59,248 nt of DNA, from assembly GCA_964568275.1 (NCBI GenBank), contig CAZMRP010000003.1, forward strand, positions 1 through 59,248, read 5' to 3'. A program made the position numbers and the translations under genes. Source of the stretch: an uncultured Myxococcales bacterium (lineage in GTDB: Bacteria; Myxococcota_A; Polyangia; DRWM01; JAAZOP01). Numbering within the stretch: the first letter of the stretch is position 1; each line of letters starts with the position of its first letter. Of the stretch, positions 18,593-25,677 are shown piece by piece. The notes under the pieces are model-generated. The model was not told the origin of the DNA. It saw nothing but the letters and a program-made list of their open reading frames with translations, and searched no databases.

Positions 18593-19558
18593 ATGGGGAA
18601 GTCAGGGCAGTACGGGCAGGTGGCGCTGCTGAAGGTCGGCTGGGCTGAGGAGTACACGGGCGACGTGGTCCTCGGTCGTCACAAGTACATCAAGGCATAC
18701 GGCGACGCGCACGAGCGGTTCAACTTCCTGCGAGCGCCGGACGGCAGGCTGTACGGGTACGTTCATCCGGTCGGAGGCCAGCGCAGCGCACCCCGACCCG
18801 CCCAGCCGACGGGATGGCTCGTTCTGTTCGTTGCCCCGCTCGAGGGAGATGGGCCCTTGGTGCCGGTTGGCTGGTACGAGAACGCGTGCTTCGAGGACGA
18901 GTGGCGACCGCGGCCCGAGTACGATGAGCGCGAGCCGCTCCCCCTCGATACCGACGGAGATCCGTACACGTTCATCGTCCACGCGGACGACGGCTCCCGA
19001 GTGCCACGCGAGCGCCGAACACGGTACATCGTCCCGGGGCGCCCCCACTTCGGCCGCACGCCGATCCTCTATGTCCGTGGCGTCGCCGGGGACGGAGCGG
19101 CGTGGCGACGGCGGTACGCGGCGATTGCCGAGGCCGTGATCCGGGGCGAGACCTCATCCCGGCGACCGCCGTCGTTTTCGGGAACGGCTGGTTTCGCGGA
19201 CGCCGCGCATTCCCGGAAGGTCGAACGAGCTGCGGTCCGGGCCGTCCGACGGATCCTCAAGAGGCGAGGCTACGAGGTTGTCGATCGCCAACGCGACCGC
19301 TGCGGCTACGATCTGCTCGCCAGGCGTGGACGTGCTCCCGCGGAGCTGCACGTCGAGGTCAAGGGAACCAGTTCATCGGAGCCGCACTTCTTCATGACGC
19401 CCAACGAGAAGGCGTACATGGCGGACCCGAGATGGCGACTCGGAATGGTCACGAACGCCGTGGCGCGGCCCAGTTGCCGGTTGTTCACCCTTCGGCAGGC
19501 AGAGGCGGCGTTCGTCTTGAGCCCGCTCGTGTGGGAGGGGCGACAACGATCCCCGTAG
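18593..19558 (+). CDS. DUF3883-like (NO VEIN C-terminal / Mrr-type PD-(D/E)xK) domain protein with an unknown N-terminal domain
   Basis: C-terminal RGYEVVDRQRDRCGYDLLA...ELHVEVKGTSSSEPHFFMTPNEKAYM matches the GYD...EVKG...F.lT.NE pattern of DUF3883. GAGAGAGG RBS. Confidence 0.7.
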   Translation: MGKSGQYGQVALLKVGWAEEYTGDVVLGRHKYIKAYGDAHERFNFLRAPDGRLYGYVHPVGGQRSAPRPAQPTGWLVLFVAPLEGDGPLVPVGWYENACFEDEWRPRPEYDEREPLPLDTDGDPYTFIVHADDGSRVPRERRTRYIVPGRPHFGRTPILYVRGVAGDGAAWRRRYAAIAEAVIRGETSSRRPPSFSGTAGFADAAHSRKVERAAVRAVRRILKRRGYEVVDRQRDRCGYDLLARRGRAPAELHVEVKGTSSSEPHFFMTPNEKAYMADPRWRLGMVTNAVARPSCRLFTLRQAEAAFVLSPLVWEGRQRSP

Positions 19559-19602
19559 GGTGGACGTCGCGAGGCAGAGGACATCGGCGCGGAGGAGCCG
19601 TG

Positions 19603-19854
19603 ATGATGGAACCGTTGATGACCGTGTCCGAGATCGCGGCCCTCCTTCGTGTCGGACGTTCGACCGTGTACGCCCTGGCGACCGCTGGGAAGCTGCCGGC
19701 GCTGAAGGTCGGCGGCGTTCTGCGGTTCGATCCCGGCGAGGTCCGCGCATGGCTCACTGAACAGCACGTCGTGCCGCGTGAGGAGGTTGTCTCGCCCCGA
19801 GCGAGGAGGAAGATGATGTGCGAGCAGCGGCTCGCGACTGCTCCGACTGGTTGA
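19603..19854 (+). CDS. excisionase/AlpA-type helix-turn-helix DNA-binding protein
   Basis: MTVSEIAALLRVGRSTVYALATAGKLPALKVGGVLRFDPGEVRAWL. GGAGGAG RBS 5 nt upstream. Confidence 0.75.
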   Translation: MMEPLMTVSEIAALLRVGRSTVYALATAGKLPALKVGGVLRFDPGEVRAWLTEQHVVPREEVVSPRARRKMMCEQRLATAPTG

Positions 19855-20348
19855 GGATGCCGCATCGTTCCCGTCCTCTCCCGGAATGCCGGAGGCCCCG
19901 ACCAACGTGCACGGTATCAGCAAGGCGACGCGCCCAATCGAGCATCTGGTCGATCTCGACGAACTGGCGGCGATCGCGGAAGGGCGGGACGGGCGCTCGT
20001 GCAAGGCGGACCGGGGAACTGGGCGGAGATGTCCGGTGAAGCGGTTGCGGGCTGGGAGAAGGCCCGAGTAGAGTCCAAGCGACGACCGGGATCGGGTCCC
20101 CACGAAACGGCGTTGCCCCAACAGGGCGTGATTCCGTGCTGTTCGTGCATGTGGGGACCCGTGCCTCCGCGCTGGCGTTCGCGAAGGCCTGCGGGTGCGG
20201 GCCGGGTGCGGTCGGTTCGCGGCGCGGATGAAGCCGGACAACCTCCGGCGCGTCTGTGCGTGCGGGCGAGGCTGGGCTGGCAGATCGGCGCGGTGGTCGT
20301 CGTGGTGGAGAAGGCGTGGCGCGCCGCGCGGACTTCGGGAGGCATTGC

Positions 20349-21404
20349 TTGAGTCTGACGAAGCGCGTGATCGAGAGGATGGACCCGGTGGCGCGGGCCA
20401 GGATCGAGGCGGACTTGTTCGACCGGACGATGGGCGCCCTGGCCGAAGCGGACTACCGTGCCCGGGCGCTGGATCCTGTCGGCCCGGTGGCCTCGGTGCC
20501 GCGCGTTCGGCGCCTTCCGAAGAACGTCTGCTTCCTCGACATCGAGACGAGTTCGACGAGCTTCAAGTCCCCCGAGCGGTCCGTGATCGCGATCGTCGGC
20601 TTGATGTTCTATCGCCTTGCCGGGACCGGATACCGGTTCGTTCGACACGAGGTGTTCAGGAAGGACGATCTGCCTCGTCTCCGGCAGCGCCTGGTCTCCT
20701 TCCGCGGGGTGATCGTCGGCCACAACGTCTTCGGATTCGACTTCCGGGCTCTCCGCGCGCGGATCCCCCTCGACGGGATCATCGAGAAGTCCGCTGACAC
20801 GCTCGTCTGCCTCTACGAGTTGAACGGCCGCCAGTTGCATGGAACCGGCCTCGACGGCGTCTGCCGCGCCAACTTCAACGCGGGGAAGACGCTGCCGGGC
20901 AGGACGGTATCCGCGGCGTGGCGGGCTGGCCAGCACGCGAAGGTCGTCGCCTACAACAAGAACGACCTCCTTCTCACCAAGATGCTCTGGTGGCAGATCG
21001 TGAAGAGGCGCGTCGTGGAGATCCGCCGGCTCAACAGGTTCGGCGACGTGATCGCCAGCGTCGCGGGCCGCGTGACCGCGTCGACCCTGGGGCCGCTGCT
21101 ATGCAGCCCCAGCCTGTTCACGCTCGACGCCTGGACCGAGCGGCTCGCCGAGGAGGGTTCCATCCTGGTCAAGAACGGGCCGCTGACGATCTCTTCTCCC
21201 AGCGACGAGGACCTGGATCCCGCGGACCATGTTCCGATCCGCCGCTGCGAAGCGTGCGATTCCCCGCGGCTGCGTCGGCTTGAAGCGGACGACCTCGATC
21301 TGGACGACGCGACCGAAGGGCAGCTCGCCGAGTACCTTTCCGGGAACTGGGGCGGTGTTCTCTGCCTCGACTGCGGGAACGTGTCGTCGTGGGAGCAGCT
21401 GTAG
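20349..21404 (+). CDS. DEDD-family (RNase H-fold) 3'-5' exonuclease with a C-terminal CxxC...CxxC zinc ribbon
   Basis: Exo motifs FLDIETSS, GHNVFGFDFRAL and YNKNDLLLT. C-terminal CEACDS...CLDCGN. TTG 20349 is preceded by GGGAGG at 6 nt; an alternative ATG is at 20379. Confidence 0.75.
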   Translation: MSLTKRVIERMDPVARARIEADLFDRTMGALAEADYRARALDPVGPVASVPRVRRLPKNVCFLDIETSSTSFKSPERSVIAIVGLMFYRLAGTGYRFVRHEVFRKDDLPRLRQRLVSFRGVIVGHNVFGFDFRALRARIPLDGIIEKSADTLVCLYELNGRQLHGTGLDGVCRANFNAGKTLPGRTVSAAWRAGQHAKVVAYNKNDLLLTKMLWWQIVKRRVVEIRRLNRFGDVIASVAGRVTASTLGPLLCSPSLFTLDAWTERLAEEGSILVKNGPLTISSPSDEDLDPADHVPIRRCEACDSPRLRRLEADDLDLDDATEGQLAEYLSGNWGGVLCLDCGNVSSWEQL

Positions 21405-21447
21405 GTGGTCGCCTGCCTTACGCGTATCGCGGAGGGCCCTTCGGAGG

Positions 21448-22209
21448 TCACGGTGGCAGGAACATGTCTGGCTCCGGCTTCGCGGCCTTCAACGCCATCC
21501 AGGGTGACATCAACGACTTCTCGACCGTCGCTCGCTGCCAATCCAGGAGACGCATCAAGCGGCGCTTCTGCAGCGCGATCCACCGCTGAACGTTGCCCGT
21601 GCTCTCCGCGGCGATCTTCGCCCAGCGATCTTGGAAGAGCTCGCCGAGCACGTATTCGATGGCGCCCATGGGCGTGACGAACAGGCTCGGAAGCCGCGGA
21701 ACCGAGACGGACTTCGGGAATGGCGGCGCCTCCTGATCACCCAGCACCTGGACGTGGAAGTAGCAGCCGGGAGAATTGGCGTCGCCGAGTTCCATGCGCC
21801 ACATTCCAATCGAAGCTCCGTCGTCGGCGTCGAGGAAGCGGACCCGCGTGGATGCGATGCCGCTGAACTTGATCAAGCGCTTCTGTCGCTCCTTCGGTTT
21901 TCGGGCGCTTGGTCCTTCCGGCCGGACATCCCAGGTTCCGGAGACGGAGGCAGCCACACGTCTTGCCCCCCGCCGGCTTCCCGGCTCGTACTCGCCCTCG
22001 CTCACGACGGTCCGGATCTCCCGAAGCTCCCAGCGGAAAGCACGATGCGCCGCAGCATCCCACAGCCCTTCGAGATCCTCTCCCAACTGCCGCAGTACGT
22101 GGGAGAAGCGGGAGTCGATGAGCGGGCTTGAGATGTCCTGCAGTATCTGGATCTCCTCCACGAGATCGCGGAACGCGAACAGCAGCTGCCCGGCCGTTCC
22201 CGCAGGCAT
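21448..22209 (-). CDS. hypothetical protein (253 aa), last gene of the MTase/two-component operon
   Basis: The ORF has normal composition. Its ATG overlaps the TGA of the upstream receiver gene (TGATG). I recognise no motif. Confidence 0.7.
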   Translation of the reverse strand: MPAGTAGQLLFAFRDLVEEIQILQDISSPLIDSRFSHVLRQLGEDLEGLWDAAAHRAFRWELREIRTVVSEGEYEPGSRRGARRVAASVSGTWDVRPEGPSARKPKERQKRLIKFSGIASTRVRFLDADDGASIGMWRMELGDANSPGCYFHVQVLGDQEAPPFPKSVSVPRLPSLFVTPMGAIEYVLGELFQDRWAKIAAESTGNVQRWIALQKRRLMRLLDWQRATVEKSLMSPWMALKAAKPEPDMFLPP

Positions 22210-23351
22210 CAGTCGTCAACCTCCTCAACGTCCACGCGGCCCGCGTCCATCGGATCGACCAGCGCCGTCAGGAAGGAGTCGTCCTTCGCACGCGCGATTG
22301 ATGTCCATGCATGGTCCGCAAACGCTGGCCACTGGTCCGGCAGGAGGCGCACCGCTTCATCGGCGGAGAGGTACTCTCCGGTCGGCCTCAAGTCGGCCCC
22401 CAGGCAGACGACGGATGCCTCCGCGGGCAACGGCTCGAGCCGTACCGCTGTGCGCTTTCGAAGCGCCGCGTGGAGAGTCCCGACGTCGAGAGACTTGCCA
22501 CTCGTCAGGTTCCACACGTACTCCTCGAGGGCGGCTCTCCACCACCGGCCCCCCAGGAAGCCGGCCAGGAGCCCGTGGTACCCGAACGACTTCAGGTCGC
22601 TCGCGAGCGTTCCGTTTTCGCTCATGACCGCGAGCAACGTACCGGGCGTGAGGCGAAGACGAGCGGCCACCCATTCTTCGCTCAGCAAGAAGCACGGGTA
22701 CGGCAGAACCTGGTGGAGCAGCCACCGAACGAACAGCACGCCGTGAGCACCGCCGCTCAGATCGTGGACTGGCGGCTGGCATGCACGTACGTTCCGCCTG
22801 CCACGATCAAACCAGGACGCCTTCGCGTCGAGGCCGAGGAGCTTCAACGTTTCCGATTCTGCCGCCGCGGAATCGCCCTGCGGCCAGCAGCGGGGGAGGC
22901 TCCCGACGGCATCCGCGAGGACCACCATCTGCGTCCACTTGCCGGTGTCGCTCTTGGAAAACGCCCACTCCAGATCGTGGAGCCGAGCGACGACGTGTTC
23001 GCCGCTGCTGGCTGGAAGCCGCCCGCGAACCTGGTCGAGGTGGGCCGAGTACAACGCAAACGCGGTGAGACGGTCCTTGCCGGAGCGGTCTGCATGTTCC
23101 CGAAGCACCGCCGCCAGCGCGAGGCCCGACGCAGGTCGCATCGCGAGGCTCGCTTCGCCACGCTCGGCCCAATCATCGAGAACGTAGTCCACCAGGACAA
23201 GATCGGCCTCCTCGAGGTGACGCTGTTCGACCTCTCGCGGGTGGAGCACCTCGAAGCGCGCCCGGCCCTGCAAGCCGAGAGTCATCTCGCTGCGAAGCGA
23301 GTCGACATCGTCGTCGACGGCAAGGACTAGCGGCAGGTCGGAAGCAGCCAT
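22209..23351 (-). CDS. receiver (REC)-domain protein with an unknown C-terminal domain of about 250 aa
   Basis: N-terminus LPLVLAVDDDVDSL...ADLVLVDYVLDDW...AFALYSAH fits the CheY-like acidic pocket, phospho-Asp and Ser/Thr pattern. GAGGAAG RBS sits 7 nt before ATG 23351. The upstream Arg-rich extension was rejected. Confidence 0.7.
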   Translation of the reverse strand: MAASDLPLVLAVDDDVDSLRSEMTLGLQGRARFEVLHPREVEQRHLEEADLVLVDYVLDDWAERGEASLAMRPASGLALAAVLREHADRSGKDRLTAFALYSAHLDQVRGRLPASSGEHVVARLHDLEWAFSKSDTGKWTQMVVLADAVGSLPRCWPQGDSAAAESETLKLLGLDAKASWFDRGRRNVRACQPPVHDLSGGAHGVLFVRWLLHQVLPYPCFLLSEEWVAARLRLTPGTLLAVMSENGTLASDLKSFGYHGLLAGFLGGRWWRAALEEYVWNLTSGKSLDVGTLHAALRKRTAVRLEPLPAEASVVCLGADLRPTGEYLSADEAVRLLPDQWPAFADHAWTSIARAKDDSFLTALVDPMDAGRVDVEEVDD

Positions 23352-23364
23352 GTTGGACTTCCTC

Positions 23365-25677
23365 TCATCCCGGGAAGGTAATCTCGATGGCCGTTGCGTA
23401 CCGCCGGCTCGGCCTGACGAAACGGACCTCGGCCCCATACTCCCTGAGAACGGACCGCGTGATCGGAAGACCAAGGCCCATCCCTTGGCCGAGCGCTGGG
23501 TCGAGCTCCGTGGTTGTGGACTCGAAGGGACGGAACCAGCGTTCCGACTCGACGAGCTTGACGGCCACACCCGTGTTCTCAATTCGGACCCGCAGGTTCC
23601 CCTCCGGATCAGAGGACGTCGACGCACGGATTTCGCCATCCATTCCTGCAGCCTTGACGGCGTTGGTGAGCAGATTCGCGAGAACCGTAGTCACCTCCGC
23701 GGCGAACATGGGGGGCGTCCTCGCATCGGGGGAGATGTCGTTCACGATGCGGGTGCGCCGCCGCTCGGCTTGGTGCGACACAAGGCTCACGGCGGCATCG
23801 AAGCGGTCCGCCAAGCGTTGGCGGGATCGACGGCGCCTCGCGTCGGGCGTGACGACGTCGGTCAAGTACGATGCCTGCCTCTCGAGTCCTCGGCGAAGGT
23901 CGGACACGGCCGCCAGGAGTGCCCTGAGTCTCCGACGATGCGGCCGCGCAAGCGTGTCGTCTGCGGCGATCTCCCTCAAGGCCTCTTCGACCGTTCGCGA
24001 GGCGCCGAGCAGCGCGTTGATCTCGTGGACAAAGGCGGCCATCTGCGTGCCAACGGACGCGACGACCCGGAACAAGGACTGCTCCGAAATGAGGTCCTCT
24101 GCGGCTCCTCGAGCCTCGGTGAGCCGTCGCCCGGCCTCGTCGTGTGCCCTGCCCGCCGCCTCAATATCGCCGGACGCCACAAGCGAGCGCGCTTGATGGA
24201 GGAGAGCGGCCGCCTCGCCGATTCCTGCGCGGACATCCTGGCTTGGCGGGGCCTCAGCGCCTTCGCCCCCTTCCTCGTGTTGAGTGCGACCGCTGGTTGC
24301 TCTCTGCTGCTTGCGCTCCTGCCGGCGGAGGTAGGCAGCCGAGGCGCGAACGCGGGTGCACAGGTCGACGCCCGTCCGAACGAGCGACACCAGAACGTCG
24401 AAGCCGGCCTCGGGAACAAACCCCTCGCGATTGACCAGCGCTCGGAGCGAGGCAGCATTCTCCTGCGTCAAGAACACCGCACCCACGTAGTTGTTGTTTG
24501 GAAGCCGAATCAGTCCTTCATCCTCGTCCTGAGCGGTCGGGAGTTGGCCCGAGCTCTCCCATGCACGCAACATCTCAAGCTGGCGCTTGCGGCCTGTGTA
24601 GTCCAAGTCGATGGACAGCCAATCGTCCTTGGGCTCCCCATACGGAAGAACACGAAAACCCTCGAGGTACACGCGAATGCCACTCGAGCGGCTCGCCCAG
24701 ACCCGTTGGTCCTGCTTGCCCTGGAAGCGGCCCTCTCGGACCAGGATCCGAGCATCGAAGAACGGTCCACGCTTGGGCGATGGATGGTCCAGCGTCGTCC
24801 GAGAAGGGCGTGCTTTGGGGTTGTCGCGGAGGGCGCGCCTGGTGGGCGCGATAGAGTAGTGGACCTTCCCGTCGCGCAACGCGCGGACCTCGAGAACCCA
24901 GCTCGCCGTCTGCGCGACAAGCTGCCAGTACTCGTCGCCCGATGCGAATTCGCCTTCAAGCAGAACCGCGAACTCGTCGGTTCCGCCGGATGAGGAAGGC
25001 TCACGAATGAGCGGCGACTCGAACAGGAGAGGTTGCCTGACGACGCTTGGCGGAAGCCCCTGTTTCAGAAAAGAAGGGGCGTCAAACGACTGAACCTCAG
25101 CGAAGAACCGTGCGCGCTCCACAGGAGTCCACGACCGCCGCAGGCGCGAAAGCACGATGGTTGTGCCCGGACGCGCCTTCGGGGAAGCAGGAACCGGCTC
25201 GTCAACCACGATCGCATCCGCGGCGTCAAGGTCATCGAGCGTCGCGCAAGCCTCCACCTTGTCCCAGTCGATGACGGCCTCCAGAACATCTCGAGGGTCG
25301 CCTGCAGATGACGCCCACGGAATGCTCTTGATCTCCAGTCGGCGGGCGAGCTTGTGCGCCGCCAGCCGCCCGATGCCCTTGGCCCCCGTGTAGCGCCGCC
25401 CAAGGCGCGCCGAGCGCCTGTCGCGCTCCTCCTTGATGCGAGACGCTACTCGGAGGAACCCGTCATCGAACAGGCGGCGTGTCATTCCGGTGCCGTTGTC
25501 CGTGACGATGATGCGGCCGGCATCCGGGTCGTTGAGGCGCTCCCCGTAGACGGTGACGGTGGTAGCGTCGGCATCGTAGGAGTTCTTGACGAGTTCGACC
25601 AGCGCCGTCGAATCGCGCCCAACAAGTAGTTCGCCGAGCTCGCGGAAAAGGTGGGTGTCGACGGTGAACTTAGGCAC
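23365..25677 (-). CDS. fusion protein: N-terminal MORC/Hsp90-like GHKL ATPase plus C-terminal histidine-kinase core (H-box plus HATPase_c); no TM segments
   Basis: N-terminal Bergerat motifs ELVKNSYDADA, IIVTDNGTGMT and GAKGIGRLAAHK. C-terminal H-box AAFVHEINALLG, N-box LANLLTNAVKA and G-box GQGMGLGLPITRSV. GTG 25677 has GGAGG 5 nt upstream and overlaps the MTase stop by 8 nt. Confidence 0.8.
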   Translation of the reverse strand: MPKFTVDTHLFRELGELLVGRDSTALVELVKNSYDADATTVTVYGERLNDPDAGRIIVTDNGTGMTRRLFDDGFLRVASRIKEERDRRSARLGRRYTGAKGIGRLAAHKLARRLEIKSIPWASSAGDPRDVLEAVIDWDKVEACATLDDLDAADAIVVDEPVPASPKARPGTTIVLSRLRRSWTPVERARFFAEVQSFDAPSFLKQGLPPSVVRQPLLFESPLIREPSSSGGTDEFAVLLEGEFASGDEYWQLVAQTASWVLEVRALRDGKVHYSIAPTRRALRDNPKARPSRTTLDHPSPKRGPFFDARILVREGRFQGKQDQRVWASRSSGIRVYLEGFRVLPYGEPKDDWLSIDLDYTGRKRQLEMLRAWESSGQLPTAQDEDEGLIRLPNNNYVGAVFLTQENAASLRALVNREGFVPEAGFDVLVSLVRTGVDLCTRVRASAAYLRRQERKQQRATSGRTQHEEGGEGAEAPPSQDVRAGIGEAAALLHQARSLVASGDIEAAGRAHDEAGRRLTEARGAAEDLISEQSLFRVVASVGTQMAAFVHEINALLGASRTVEEALREIAADDTLARPHRRRLRALLAAVSDLRRGLERQASYLTDVVTPDARRRRSRQRLADRFDAAVSLVSHQAERRRTRIVNDISPDARTPPMFAAEVTTVLANLLTNAVKAAGMDGEIRASTSSDPEGNLRVRIENTGVAVKLVESERWFRPFESTTTELDPALGQGMGLGLPITRSVLREYGAEVRFVRPSRRYATAIEITFPG

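Noticed and set aside
13147-18657. Giant 1836-aa minus-strand ORF
   Set aside because: It is antisense to three plus-strand genes that carry clear PHP and MMPL motifs. Its own translation is Arg/Pro/Gly-rich with no motif, as expected for a high-GC shadow frame.
19886-20071. 61-aa plus-strand ORF between the HTH gene and the exonuclease gene
   Set aside because: The first half is protein-like but the second half is Arg-rich. No RBS was seen. It could be a micro-gene, but I cannot support it.
21405-21447. Bidirectional terminator between the convergent exonuclease gene and the 253-aa gene
   Set aside because: The 43-nt gap contains a direct CGGAGG repeat and a GGGCCC palindrome, but no stable stem-loop that I could draw.
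22209-23639. Using the full 476-aa ORF for the receiver protein, and the full 793-aa (to 25746) and 581-aa (to 27415) ORFs for the kinase and MTase
   Set aside because: The N-terminal extensions are Arg-rich, overlap the upstream genes and lack RBSs. Internal starts have GGAGG-type sites at correct spacing.
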